A model generated the notes under the pieces. That model was not told the origin of the DNA and did not search any database. It saw nothing but the letters and a program-made list of their open reading frames with translations. Shown in pieces: positions 40,071-53,742 of a stretch of DNA of 64,000 nucleotides. Position 1 is the first letter of the stretch. Every line of letters begins with the position of its first letter. Source of the stretch: Octopus sinensis (lineage: Eukaryota); contig NC_042998.1 in assembly GCF_006345805.1 (NCBI RefSeq), positions 139,624,001 through 139,688,000 on the forward strand, given 5' to 3'. Made by a program: the position numbers and the translations under genes.

Positions 40071-40330
40071 ATATATATATATATATTACATATATATATA
40101 TAATATATACATATATATATATACATACATATATATATATACATACATATATATATATATAATATATATATATTATATATATTATATATATATATATATA
40201 TTATAATATATATATATTATATATATATAGATATATATATATATCTATATATATATATATTATATATATAAACACACACACACACACGCACACATATATA
40301 TATATGTGTGTGTGTGTGTGTGCGCGCGCA
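39930..40330. repeat. Interrupted (TA)n array
   Basis: Direct inspection. Confidence 0.95.
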
Positions 40331-40783
40331 TGTGTGTATGTGTGTATGTTGTCTATATCTTTCTCTTTGCTTTACTACCCATCACCACCTCCGCCGCCAC
40401 CACCACTGCCACCGCCGCCAATCAAACCAGAAGAAGAGAGCAAGAACAACAGTAAACGAAAGAAACGTACGTACGTATATTCATATCGTTTGGTATTATT
40501 TGTGGTTAATTCGGTGATGATTTCATTAATAGCCACGGTTTGGGACAAACAGTGAGTCTAGAAGAAGACAATATGGACAATCTATTATTAATACTTACAT
40601 TAACAAAATTATTAAGTTCTGACATTTAGCCGGCGTTTCATTGTATTTATTTGTTGTTTTGTGGGTGTTGTTATTGTTATCTTCTATTTCCTCTTACATG
40701 CTCTTTTTTTTTTCGTGTTATTTTTTATGAGTGTGTCTGTGAGTGTGGTGTAGATATTTATTTATTTATTATCATTGTTATTA

Positions 40784-40828
<45 letters not shown>

Positions 40829-41311
40829 TATTATTATTATTGCTTTTAACTTCGGTTTGTCGTATTTATGCGTTTTGCAAATACGTTTTACAGATCATGT
40901 GGAATATAAACGATTTTAACACCGTGTTTTTATTATTATTATCTTTTTTTTTAACCACCACACCTTATGAAAGCATGATAAAAGGCAGTGCAAAGCAATA
41001 ACAAACCAACACAAAACAGAACAAAACAAGGGAGAAAATCTGATAAATAATAATGGGCGAGGATTGCTTTATTGCCTCGATATCCGAGTCAAAATGTTCG
41101 ACTGGACAAGTCGTTCCGGTAGAAAGAAGTGGCGTGCAGTTGTTCATATCACATTACATTTACTGTAACTACTGCTTGAATAAGATACACTTGATTATGC
41201 TTTCTGCCTAGCATGTAACACAAAATGAGGGAACGAATTGGGGAGAGGGGTGAAGTCTCAACCTAAATAGTGAACGAAAATAGTGACATAGCAGAATAAA
41301 TAAATAAATAA

Positions 41312-41562
41312 ATCCTTTCTACTAAAGGCACAAGGCCTGGAATTTTGGGTGAGGGGACTAGTCGATGACATCGACCCCAGTGTTTCTCTGGTACTTAATT
41401 TATCGACCCTGAAAGGATGAAAGGCAAAGTCGGAATTTGAAATCAGAACGTAGCGACAGATGAAAGTTGACCTCGGTAGAATTTGAACTCAGAAGGTAGC
41501 GACGGAGGAAATAGCCCTAAGCATTTCGTCCAGCGTGCCAGCGATTCTGCCAGCTCGCCGCC

Positions 41563-41565
<3 letters not shown>
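41312..41565 (-). mobile_element. Dominant SINE (tail type B) with an internal B-box segment duplication
   Basis: Head ccagctcgccgcctt at about 41550-41565. gaatttgaa.tcagaa.gtagcgac occurs twice. Confidence 0.88.
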
Positions 41566-41626
<61 letters not shown>

Positions 41627-41632
41627 TAATAA

Positions 41633-42520
41633 TTTCTTTATTGGCCACAAGGGCCAAACTCAAAAACAAACAGGGAGAATACAATACAAGGGACAAGTGA
41701 GTTTTGGCATAATGTCGAGTATACAATAAATAACAGAAACAACAATAAAATCAAACAATAAAATTCCCCAAAGGGGTGGGGAGTTCTTCCCTGGGACAAC
41801 CGAGGGACCCCATACATCCTGGTTACCCCGACCACAAGTGCATCTCAGCAGACGCCTCTCTCCTTCTCAACTCCTCCGGTTTACAAGCAAATGTTCAGAG
41901 TAGGCCCATTCACACGGGCCATCCTCGCCACATTCATCCACCGTTCAGCAAAAATACTAGGGAGGCAGTACTTAGCTAACCATCTTCGCTTTCCTTTTCA
42001 AGTGGAACTTGAAAAAGTCAATGGCAACTTGACCGAAGAGGAAAATATCTGTCTTCAGTCCTCTCAATCTCGTCTACCACACTACTTCCTTCGCCATAGC
42101 CGTCAGACAGAAAACCTGCCTTTACTTCCCAGCCGAAAGAAGGCGGCGGGGCGATCTTCACAATGGACTCGGTAGATAAGTGGATCCGTCCTACATGTGT
42201 CAACAGCTGTTCGAGAAAGCTTCACAAGTCAGTAATGCATGGACACTCGACGAGTGCATGCAGGATGGTTTCGTCGCCCTGTGCACACCGGGAAAGCTGT
42301 CAGGCCAGGGATTTCTGGAAGTTATCCAAAGGCCCCGACCCAAAAGTCCTCCGAAAAGACCAGATAATTGATCTCTCCCGACGCCCAGAGTTTCCAAGAG
42401 GACATCGTCGCTCTTGCCCGCCATTAATCTCCTATAGATTTCCAATGTGGAACTTCCACCGACCGCATTGCCCGACTAGCAGAAATCTGTGAGCACTTGC
42501 CGACACTCCAGGTCTACGCT
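41633..42520 (-). mobile_element. Decayed 5'-truncated Tx1-like LINE (second subfamily)
   Basis: Minus strand EIYRRLMAGKSDDVLLETLGVGRDQLSGLF..LDNFQKSLAW parallels the 22327 ORF. 3' end gagtttggcccttgtggccaataaagaaa. (TAA)n on both flanks. Confidence 0.8.
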
Positions 42521-42542
42521 TGATAATAACAATAATAATAAT

Positions 42543-42976
42543 CATCTCTACTATAGACACGAGGTCTGGATTATGTGGGGAGGAGACAGTCGATCACATC
42601 GACTCCAGTACTCAACTGGTACTTGATTTATCGACCCCGAAATGATGAAAGCAAAGTCGACCTTGAAAGGCAAAGTCGACCGGAATTTGAACTCAGAACG
42701 TAGCGGCAGACGAAATACAGCTAAACATTTCGCCCGGAATATAACAATAATAATGATAATCATTTCTATTATAGGCACAAGGCCTCGAATTTGGCGGGAG
42801 GGGACTAGTCGATTACATCGACCCGAGTGTTTTACTGGTACTTAATTTATCGACCCCAAAAGGATGAAAGGCAAAGTCGACCTCGGCGGAATTTGAACTC
42901 AGAACGTAGCGACAGACGAAATACCGCTAAGCACAACATCTAGTGTGCTAACAATTCTGCCAGCTCGCCGCCTTAA
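42543..42976 (-). mobile_element. Two tandem dominant-family SINE copies (tail type B)
   Basis: Two cores and tails separated by an AAT-rich spacer at about 42740-42765. Confidence 0.88.
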
Positions 42977-43890
42977 ACAACAACAACAACAACAATAATA
43001 ATAAATATATAAATAAATAAATAATAATAAATAAATGCGACTATTTCTTTTTTGCTGAGGAAAAAATCTCACCGGGGAAAAATTTAGAATAATTAAACAA
43101 TAATTATTATTTGAAGTTGTTTATTAACTATATATGATGACTTTATGCAACGAAAACGTCATTTATATTATGGCACTACATGTATGAGGGGGTAAAAATC
43201 ACGTTTTAATCAAAAGCTTCAATAAAACATTGAAATATACTAATACGTGAAAGCAACAAAATAAAACGTTAAATCAACCATTAACGAAGTTTCCCTGTAA
43301 CATTTTTTCCTTGACATCTTTTTCTTTGCTTTTTTTTTTCTTGGAGCTGATGAGTTGTTACTTAGTTCACAATACCGTTGTTGCATGACTGCAAAAGAGA
43401 AAATATTTCAAGTCGGGGGGAGAAATGCTCCAAAGTTTAGGGCATATCTACCCAGGTCAGCCGTATGCACTAGCCATCTTCTTCAGAAGCAATCTCCCTC
43501 AGAGCAACTAATGATTTTATTAGACTGACACAAGGCTGCGCGTGGAGAGAGTATGGAAATGACTGTCCGAATAGTTAAGAATTAGAGTTAAGAAGTAAAG
43601 TTGAGATTTAAACTCAGAACATATTGTATCTCACTACTCGTTAGAAAAAAAAATATTCGGAAGGTAAGGAATGATTTACGTTGAACATTTAGAGTTAATT
43701 GTACGGACTAACCGCAAAAACGCAAATATCGTACAACATTTAATCTTTCGGTCTACGACACTTATTTAAATCAAATTTAGAAAAATAAAAATAAATGTAA
43801 GTAAAATCATGTGATTTCTCGCCTCGAAGTATTTTTCAAAGATACCAAAAGGTTACTTGCCTATTATTAATAGCCATTTTTTTAAACAAA

Positions 43891-44220
43891 GGATTAGTAA
43901 ATAAACTATTATACTCATGAGATAAGCGTAAGATTGTAGCTGAGCAGTGGACTTTCGAAATAGCTATCACTAGCTTATGGAAAAGGGAAAAAGCAAGGAT
44001 TAGACAAGTTTTCCCTACTATGAAAACATTTTCTGTCTAAATCAATTAATTTTTACATATTTCCCCTCCAATTCCGTGCCCTTTTCCTGTAAGTTTTTAC
44101 TAGTATTTTTCACCACGAAGTAGTGTTAGCTATTCTGAAAGTCAACAAATCAACTATTACAGCAAATAAACTACTGCACCCGTTTCACGAGTGTAATATG
44201 AATAGTTTATTTAATAATCC
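43891..44220. mobile_element. MITE-like element with long imperfect TIRs
   Basis: ggattagtaaataaactatt..gactttcgaaatagctatcacta is inverted at tagtgttagctattctgaaagtc..aatagtttatttaataatcc. Confidence 0.7.
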
Positions 44221-44251
44221 GTCAGTAAGTGAAATAAAAATTGTCGATAAT

Positions 44252-44455
44252 AAGAGGTAGCAAGCTGGCGGAAGCGTTGGAGCGTCGGGCAAAATGCTTA
44301 GCAACATTTCTTCTGGTTCTTTACATTCTGAGTTCAAATTCCCTTAAAGTCGATTTTGTCGTTCATCTTTACAAAGTCGATAAAATAAATACCAGATGAG
44401 CAGTGGAGACGATGAAATCGACTTATCTTGTCCCCTAAAATTGAAATTTGAAACC
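44252..44455 (+). mobile_element. Decayed dominant SINE (tail type C)
   Basis: caagctggcggaagcgttggagcgtcgggcaaaatgcttagc head, gagttcaaattcc B box and aaatttgaaacc tail. Confidence 0.8.
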
Positions 44456-44502
44456 ACTACTACTTTCATTATTGTTGTTGTTGTTATTGTTTAGAGTCAG
44501 AT

Positions 44503-44988
44503 CAGCCTTAAACAAGCAGACTTTGTTCCTTCTCGAGCCATGCATGGCTCATAAGGGCCGGTTTCCCGGTTTCCTTGGCGTATAGGTTCCCCACCTCGAC
44601 GGATGCCGGTCCGTCGCAGGTGAGCTGCAAGATGCAGGAGGAAAGTGTGAGAGAAAGTTGTGGCGAAAGAGTCAGCAGAGGTTCGCCATTACCTTCTGCT
44701 GGAGCCGCGTGGAGCTTAGGTGTTTCGCTCATAAACAAACACATCATCCGGTCTGAGATTCGAACCTGCGATCCCTCGACCGCGAGTCCGCTGCTCTGAC
44801 CACTAGGCCATGTGCCTCCACAAAGAGTAGGAGAAAGTTGTGGCGAAAGAGTGAGCAGAAGTTTGCCATTACCTTCTGCTGGAGCTTAGGTGTTTCGCTC
44901 ATAAACACACACATCGCCCGGTCTGAGATTCGAATCTGCGATCCCTCGACCGCGAGTCTGCTGCTCTAACCACTAGGCCATGTGCCAC
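44503..44988 (-). mobile_element. Second-family (OR-like) SINE, full copy 44503-44821 plus tandem duplicate of its 5' 160 bp (44829-44988)
   Basis: Reverse complement of the 29110-29412 family. The head segment is repeated. Confidence 0.88.
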
Positions 44989-45109
44989 CAAACAAGCAGA
45001 CTGTAGGCACATAATCGTGTGAACGATAAACTGCAATCCATAAATCAAATCATACCTTAACTCTACTGAGCCAAGGATCACACTGCATATTCCGATAGGC
45101 AGCAGTTCA

Positions 45110-46060
45110 TTATTATTGCACAGTGTGACAATGTAGATATGTTATGTTTTCTTCATTGCTAAGTGTGTTTCTGGACACCTGCAGAAACTGACAGTGGTTA
45201 CAACTGAGGCAGTCAAGTCGTTTTCCGTCAAAGCACAATAGTTGCTTTTTCTCTTCTGCCTATGGCGCTGGTGAGAGTTTTAGATGCTGCTGGGATTTTT
45301 GTGCTTGTTATGTTTATCTGGACTGCTTTGGAAGGCCAATATCCTTAGACTGGTGCTGTAATAGTATTAGAGGTGGGGTAGTTGTGTATCGGATTATTAC
45401 ACATGTTATGACAGAGACTGTGAGAGTTGCAAATTCCTGCAGTTGCGTCTCTCTCATGTCCAGCTATTTTTTTTCTTTTTCATTTTTAATATTTTTTCTT
45501 TCTGTTGTACAGGTGGTCATTGAGTGTGTTCAATATGCAGCCTGTTATAATACGAAATGCACTGTTCTGTGTATCTAGTAGTTTATTGCATTTGAGAGAA
45601 GATTTGTGACTCAGGCAGGACCCGTATAATTTGTGCGGCAGCTAATGTATTATTTGTACTCTGGTATTGCCGCTTCAAGGCGGCGAGCTGGCAGAATCGT
45701 TAGCACGCCGGGCGAAATGCGTAGCCTTATTTCGTCTGCCGTTACGTTCTGAGTTCAAATTCCGCCGAGGTCGACTTTGCCTTTCATCCTTTCGGGGTCG
45801 ATAAATTAAGTACCAGTTACGCACTGGGGTCGATGTAATCGACTTAATCCGTTTGTCTGTCCTTGTTTGTCCCCTCTGAGTTTAGCCCCTTGTGGGTAGT
45901 AAAGAAATAGGTATTGCCGTTTCGTTCTGTTGGCCAAATATTGTCTCTGTGGCTGCTCTATGTATGTGTTATGAGTTGTTTTGCTTCCTTTACTGATATT
46001 CTTCTATGTGAGTTGTGAAATTTGTAGAGGTATTGTATGTATTTCCTAGCATTTTAGTCT
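45110..46060 (-). mobile_element. I/Jockey-group LINE RT C-terminal remnant, interrupted by a SINE
   Basis: Minus strand KMLGNTYNTS.NFT.H.., TIFGQQNET, KLLDTQNSAFRIITGCILNT. Confidence 0.6.
45677..45909 (+). mobile_element. Full-length dominant SINE (tail type A) with a 14 bp TSD
   Basis: Flanks ggtattgccgcttc (45663-45676) and ggtattgccgtttc (45910-45923). Confidence 0.95.
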
Positions 46061-46488
46061 TTTGTGTGTATGTATATGTGTGCAAATGTGTGTGTATGGT
46101 GTATTTATGTGTAATCGTTGGATGTATTTGTTGTCCTTTGTTGTAACCGGGAAGAAAAAAATAATGGTAAATTTGTTTAGAACTAATTTCAGCTTATTGT
46201 TTTGGATCCTTGTCTCTAAAGGATTCATGCTGGATTAAAAAAAAAAGTTCTGCAGCTGAGTGAAATGAATGAAAGAAGAACGTGACTGTAATGCTATCTG
46301 CGTGTATGAGGCTTTACGAACGTTTTTTTTATTGTTGCTAGGGGAGGTTTAGTATAAATAAGAGCGGAGAGGAGGACAGTTTCTTTGCGGTACTCCGATG
46401 TAAAACTGTGTGTTTTGCGCCCACGCTATGGCAATTCTCTTACAACATACATACATACACAATGAAATACATCAATAATAATAATAAT

Positions 46489-46690
46489 AATCCTTTCTAC
46501 CATAGGCATAGGACTAGCAGTTCGGGGAAGAGGACACGTTGATTACATCGACTCCAGTGTCAAACTAGTAAGGAAAGGATGAAAGTCAAAGTAGACCTCG
46601 GCGGAATTTAAACTAAGAGCGTAACAACGGGCAAAATGCCGTTAATCAGTTTGACCGGCGTGCTAACGACTCTGCCAGCTCGCCGCTTTA
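46489..46690 (-). mobile_element. Dominant SINE (tail type B)
   Basis: Head and tail reverse complemented, with a deletion in the core. Confidence 0.85.
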
Positions 46691-46909
46691 ATAACAACAA
46701 CATATTCTTTTTAAGTTGACTACTAAGCTATTACTTCAAATTTCTTGCCGGACGGCATTCATCAAATAGAGTACCAACCGAGAAGCACTGACGTCATTTG
46801 ATGACTGCTGTCTGGAATGAAACTGTCATACATACATATTCATCTTTTACACAGACATATACGCACATATTCATACATAAGCATCAATGCATAACACATA
46901 CAAACGTGG

Positions 46910-46951
<42 letters not shown>

Positions 46952-47249
46952 CATTCACACATAAATATAAATTGATGCATATACTTATGTGTATAGTTGT
47001 GTACAGGCTGTTATTTTGTGGTTGGAAATGAAGACAAAGTTGAAGTAAACAATATATAACGGAACCGAAAGAAGCATTCGGCCCGATCTTTCAGTGTTAG
47101 CTTTCTCTCGGCCCATTTTTGGCTACCCTACTCGTCACTTTGAGATTGGCTACTCTGTTCATCCAGTTCTTTCCACCTGGAGATCCGGACCATTAATGCC
47201 CGTGGGCGAGAAAAAGCATAGAGTAAAGATTAGAATTTTCTCATTGTAT

Positions 47250-48070
47250 TTACGGGTGAAGGTTGAACTGTCTTCACACGGAAAAATGATTGAAGAAATA
47301 ACTTGGCGAATTGAAAGATTTAGAGACAGGTTTGTCTATTGTTTGTATGTTATTACCGTCATGATGGTACATGCGGGAAGAGTCCCCTAAAAGGTACCCG
47401 GTTTAACCAATACAAAGGAAATTACAGAATTTACACTTGATATGTAATGTGAAGGTGCAATTAAACTGGGCGATGACGTGGAATTAAGATTTGGGACCAG
47501 TTATGAACGGGTTGTTGAAGAGACATTTGGTTTGTACAGAAGTACTGAGTGTACTGAAGATGAGGTCAGTAACGGTGGAAGAGAATGCAGAAGGAAAGGT
47601 TAGCGCTTTAAAAATACAGGAAATAATTTCTGTGTTCGCTAGTGAGCCATTTTTTAGTTGAGAGATTAGAAATTTATATTGGCGAGCTGTTGATGAGCTT
47701 CCCGGTAAGCTATCGTCGGGCGAGTGTTTTAGGATTAAATACTATTTGTGAAGGTTCGAGTCATACAATGACCATCAAAAGTAACATGGTTGAATGAATT
47801 AAAAGGATACAAGTTCTTAAATAGAGAGCAGTTGGTTGGGATTTGCATTATTGTTGAAAAGATATTGTTTGGGTTGTGCTGTTGAGCCCTGCGCCGACCC
47901 TAATCAGGAAGGCCTATATGATCAAAAGTATTCTAACCATAACCGTCAGATTTTTTTCACTCAAGAATAGTGTGCCCAGGAGTATATTATCCATTGTTCT
48001 ATGTCCTTTTACAAGACATGTGAGGTATGCTTTGAAGGAAATTTTGGAAGCTATTTTCTCGCAGTTTTAA
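47250..48070 (-). mobile_element. Possible highly decayed LINE fragment
   Basis: Strand-biased composition like the 45110-46060 remnant. No motif confidently recovered. Confidence 0.25.
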
Positions 48071-48950
48071 CAACCATGTAGAGGCTCATGTGTTGTGAGA
48101 ACAGTGTCAATAGTTGATTGGTGCAAATAAGAAAGGGAGGGATATATCCATGTGTATGTATGTGTTGTGTGTGTGTGTGTGGTGTGTGTGTGTGTGTATG
48201 CATTGACATACAGCCGAGATTTTAGCAGCCTATATATCTGGGTAATAAGAAACGGTTGACATTTCTACACACAGACATACACACACATGTACAAAGACAC
48301 ACGTCCACACACATTGTTTAAGGACTTACATTGACATACACACAAGCTTAGGAGAATTAGATGAAAAGGCATCCATTTTACAATTCGATTAAAAAAAATT
48401 TGTTAATGTCGTTTTAAGTTGTGTCGGCGTTTATGTTGTTGTTTTTGCTGCTGTAGATGGTGATGATGACGATGATGATGCTTGATAACAGTGGAAGTGT
48501 CTAAAGGGAGCGTTAGGGTGTAGTGTTGCGTCCATTGTGTGTGTATGTGTGTGTGATTCCCTCCCCACTTGTTTTCCCTTGTTTTTCCGTATGTTCTTTC
48601 GTCGTTCCTCTCACTCACATCTTTATTATCAAAAATATTACACACTTTACCAACCTATGGACTGCCAAGTCTATAGGTAAATCTAGCGCTGCGTATAATT
48701 AATATATTTTACACTTCCATTTAAATCAGTGTTTCTCTACAAGGTCCATACAGCCCCATTGGGGGTCCATATAAGATTTCTGGGAGTCCACGCAAGCAAA
48801 ATAGTAAATTGGGGATCCACAGTAGTATTTTAAGGCGAATTATTCACAATCAACAACCAAATCAACTAACACTACATGAATAGTACCAAATGTCTCAGCA
48901 TCAACTTTATGGTCCGAGATCTACTGTTATTTAATTTTTATCTTTTTTTT

Positions 48951-49338
48951 TTTACTTGTTTAAGTCATTAGACTGTGGCCATGCTGGAGCACCGCCTTGA
49001 AGAATTTTTAGTCGATCCCAATATCGATCCCAGAACTTTTTTTTTTAAAGCCTGGTACTTATTCTATCGTTGTCTTTTGTCCAACTGCTAATTTTACGGG
49101 GATGTAAACACACCAACACTGACTGTCAAGCGGTGGCGGTGGAGGAACAAACACAGATACAAAAACACACACACACACGACGGGCTTCTTTCAGTTTCCG
49201 TCTACCATATCCACTCACAAGGCTTTGGTCGTCTCGAGGCTATAGTAGAAGACACTTGTCCAAGGTGTCACGCAGTGGGACTTAACTCGGAATCATGTGG
49301 TTGGAAAGGAAGCTTTTTGCCATACAGCCACGCCTGTG
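48951..49338 (-). mobile_element. CORE-like SINE (third family), near full length
   Basis: gactgtggccatgctggagcac tail, gacacttgtccaaggtg core and tRNA-like head at the right end. Confidence 0.88.
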
Positions 49339-49626
49339 GAGAATCTTTTAATGTTTTGTAACACCTGTTAAAGAATCTCGCTTAGCTCAGTTTTATTTAA
49401 TATGTTACGTTGCTTACATTTTGTACTGAAAGCCAAGGAGAGCTTCAAAACATACCATTACAGCACGATTATCTAAGCTTGTATTAAGCTCTTCAATCTC
49501 TGTAGAGCATAGGCCATTGTCGATTGTTCCTGCTGTTCTCGACTCTGGACTGTTTTTACTGTTCCTCTCCTGCTGGATCCCTGCTTCCTTGCAGTTTTCT
49601 TTCAGATTTTGCTGTATCCACGAGGG

Positions 49627-49860
49627 AAGGCCTTCAGCTGGCAGAAACGTTAGCACGCCGGGCGAAATGCGTAGCCATATTTCGTCTGTCGTTACGTTGT
49701 GAGTTCAAATTCCGCCGAGGTCGACTTTGCCTTTCATCCTTTCGGGGTCGATAAATTAAGTACCAGTTACGCATTGAGGGTCGATGTAATCGACTTAATC
49801 CGTTTGTCTGTCCTTGTTTGTCTTCTCTGCGTTTAGCCCCTTGTGGGTAGTAAAGAAATA
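49627..49860 (+). mobile_element. Dominant SINE (tail type A)
   Basis: Matches 45677-45909. Confidence 0.92.
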
Positions 49861-49889
49861 AGTATGGTTGGTGGAGATAGTGGAATAGT

Positions 49890-50012
49890 AAATCTAATGG
49901 TGGTGGCGGGGTGGCGGCGGCGGTGCCGCTGTTGTTGGAGATGGATGACAATAGTGTGATGGGAATGGTGGATGGCAAAATCAGTTTTGTTTACGGTAGT
50001 AGTAGTAGTAGT

Positions 50013-50048
<36 letters not shown>

Positions 50049-50480
50049 CAGCAGCAGCAGTATTAGTAGTAATAGTACCAGCAGTAATAATATTAGTAGT
50101 ATTAGTAATGGTGGTGGAGTGGAGGTGGTAGTAGTAGTAATGGTGGTGGTGGTTGTGGTAGAGGTCAGAGTGGTGATGGTAGTAGTAATGGTTGTCGTAA
50201 CAGAAGCTATAGAGCTAATAATGTTGTTATCGTTGCTGTTGTTCCTGATAATAATGGTGTTATTCTTTTTTTTTTTTTTTTGGTAGTGTTGTCATCGTCG
50301 CCGTCGTTCTCATCGTCGTTGTTTTGGCAATGGTAGTGGGGGGGAGCGGAAGCGGCTGCAGTTCAGGTCATGAATTCCATCACTACTTTTGAAGCTATCG
50401 ACACTAAACTACTACTGCTGCTGCTACTGCTGCTGCTGTTGTTAATTTGCTTTAGTTGCTATTGCTATTGTCATTATCAT
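49890..50480. repeat. Compound trinucleotide low-complexity tract (GTA, GCA, GGT, CTG, TCG)
   Basis: Direct inspection. Confidence 0.85.
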
Positions 50481-51749
50481 GACCATTCTCACGTTGGTTG
50501 TAGTTATTGTAGCCTTTATTGATCCCGCTTCGTTCTACGCCATTGTCTTATCCTCTTCATTAATATCATTACTGCACTTTACATTTGACATTCTCCGAAT
50601 CCTCAGGAGAAGTTGCGCTTATTCTTTACTCTCATTCAATAAATTAATTCGTTCAACGCTTTATTTATTTGTTTATTTATAACTAATTTTAAACGCTTTG
50701 CCTGTTTCTGACCTGCCAGCCCCTTCCTCCTCTGCTCTTCTCTCCGACCAAACCTGGCTTTAATAAATACAAAAGAAAAAAAGTGAAGAAAAAACTGTAG
50801 TAAAAAACAAACAAGCAAACAGTTGTTGAAATTGATACAATAGTGTTGCTACTTCGACCAATAAGTTTTATCTTAATGCAGGTTTAGATTTTTGCCAGTG
50901 TTTGCAAACAAAAACCGTGCTTTTTATTTTTATTTTCCTTTGTTAGAGCTTGTTTAGTTTATCTCAGTTCTTCCTTTTTTTTATTTTAATTTTTTTTTTT
51001 TGCGAGGGTGAAACGAGCGGGTGGGGGATTGTAATGTGCTGTGATGTATTGTCTGAATAATTTCGTAGCAGAGTAAATGGAAATTAATTTTAATTCTCTT
51101 ACCGTAAGATATGTTTTTTGTTGCCGTTTCAGATGTTTTATTTTTATCTTTCACCGTCATTATCGTTGATGTTTATTTCATCAGACACGTACTATCTGTT
51201 TTTAATCCGTTTTTGTTAGTTATATGGGTTTTTTTTATTTCAAGTTAAAAAACTGTTTTAAAGCTATTTTTTTAAACATGCTAATTACTTTATTACAAGA
51301 ACCATTCAATTAAACAATTTTAATATCAGCAATCACTATTTTTTTTTTCAAAGTTTTTTTCTTAAACACTTTGGACTTGCTCCATGGTTATCCTAATCCG
51401 CTGCTCATTAACGCCCAAGGTAAGTAGTATTTGTTACTTTTGAATCAGTACTTGAGTAGATTGTTATCGAAGATTAATCAGACCAGGAATTACAGCTATA
51501 CTCTAATGATCCCTTAATGCCTCTTTTGAGAGGGTGGTTGGTGATTAAACAGTCCATAGATCTCATGACATCTACGCAGTGGAAAAGAAGCGAGCTCCTA
51601 ACTCCGTGTTACAGAACAAAAGTTTGTGAGTTGACCGTTGATAAGAACAACTTGTCACAACTGTGATTCTTAGTCTTTGGTGGTTCAACACTCTCTTTCA
51701 TGGAAAGGCGTTTTACAAACGCCCCCTCCACATGCTTTGAAGAGAGAGG

Positions 51750-51789
<40 letters not shown>

Positions 51790-51952
51790 AGAACAGCAAA
51801 TTATTTTAATTAAACGGAAGCCAATTTTGCACAGTGGTTTATTATTTCTATTTTCAGATACTCCCCCATCTAGCTCGTGTCGAATTTAGATATGTGCAGA
51901 GACTAGCACCCCTATATTTTAATGTTGAATTTCTAAAGAAAATCAGGACTTA

Positions 51953-52164
51953 CGAGTGATGCTGAAAATTTCTTGGCTTTGGTCTAAAGAAAATACAGGA
52001 GGATCAGTTAATTATGATTTTATTTAACACATTCCCCTCTCATAGACACTTATTGCAGTGGTCCTTCAGTTTTTCTAGCCCCTGTAAAAGAATTCGGAAG
52101 GTTAGGCCTCCAACCAGGCCTTTCGTGATACCCTTAAAGCCAGGAACTTTTCAGCACCCCCTCA
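51953..52164. mobile_element. Mariner-type MITE
   Basis: TIRs cgagtgatgctgaaaatttcttggcttt and aaagccaggaacttttcagcaccccctca, TA-flanked. Confidence 0.85.
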
Positions 52165-52949
52165 TATATAATGAAATTATATTGGACCTTGGCGTATCAT
52201 CCATATTTCTGGTCATTGACAACACAATATCTATTCATATCTTAACCCACATTTTTTTAATGTTTTTAAAATATGATATTGTACTTGTTTAAATAACTGG
52301 TTTCTAACATTAATAAATGCACAAACATGCTAGAAGATGAAAAGGAAATAACGCTGCAACACAAAAATAAAGCATAATAAACAAGCTTCGCAACAACAAC
52401 AAAAACAACAGTGTGGAAGCGCATTTCGATTAGGGTATAAACTTGTATAGCAAACAGCTGTCCTTTGAAAACGGTGTATTTTTTTGGTTTTTGTTGTGTG
52501 GGTTTTTTTTATTTTCAAAAACCAAAACTCTTAATATAGAACATCTTAATGAAAGATTGAAAGTCCGACTACATTTTGTCCGTAGGACTGTCGACAATTT
52601 TCCATAATCAACTGTAAAAGCCTATAATAAGAGAAAAGTAACTTGGCTCTGTTTTGCCAAGAACACAGCAAATTTTCTTGTCTCATCCAAACAAGAGCTG
52701 AAGATAGCTTTGACAGATATTTTAAGTAAAATATCCTTTATTTGGAGATGGAGGACATGTGTTGCCTTTAAACAGAGAGTGAGAAGAAGTGCAAACGAAA
52801 ACAGCACACGACACACACATAAGATGGTCTCACAGTATTTAAGAAAGGGGAACACAAAAGTCACAGTCAGGGACATCAGCAATGATATCGACTTCTGGTT
52901 AATAGTTCATTCCGAACACAATATGAGCTGATAGTCAGTGCAGATGTAA

Positions 52950-53380
52950 GATTTAATGATACACGGACCAGGAAACAACATCTGAAATATTTCCAGTAGA
53001 AAGTTCTGGGAGGAAGGCCTTGAATTTCAGCATCCAAAGTCGACAAATCAGCTATTAGATGGGTGGTAGCAAGATCTGTCTAAAAGCTGTCTGCACAGAA
53101 AATCTAAAAGAATAAAAACAACAACAAATTATAGAGATTGTGGGTTCTAAAGTGACAATAACCCCAACTCATGAATCGATAAATGAAATTGCCCAGTCTC
53201 ATTACTAGAAGCGAGCAATGAGAACCATAATCTCCTCCCCCATACACAACTGACGAAGGCAAAGAGACTTTATCCATTCATCACCACCAACAACAACAGC
53301 TTGTACAAAACGACCAGAAAGTACCCTTTCATAGCAGTACCACCTTATACACTTAGGAGGATGGTGACCATTTACGAAGA
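52950..53380 (+). mobile_element. Possible CR1/L2-group LINE 3' remnant
   Basis: gcgagcaatgagaaccataatc (RAMRTII-like) and a TRKYPF-like terminus. Weak. Confidence 0.3.
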
Positions 53381-53604
53381 TGGAGGCTGATAAAGATAAC
53401 AAAGAAAATTCAGGGGAAAGGAAATGCTTTGCAGCATTTGTTGCGACTCATTGCATTCTGAGTTGAATTCAAATTCTGTCGGGGTCAACATTTATCCTTC
53501 CGGAGTAGGTAAATACAATACCAATGAAGTATTATGACCAATATAGCCGACTGTTCTCATCCCTTCAAATTAGAGTCCTTGTGACTATTTTAGACACAGT
53601 TCTT

Positions 53605-53719
<115 letters not shown>

Positions 53720-53742
53720 TTATTATTATCATCAACATCATC

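Noticed and set aside
51383-51418. ATG..AAG|GTAAGT mini first exon (MVILIRCSLTPK)
   Set aside because: A strong donor only. No downstream in-frame exon was identified.
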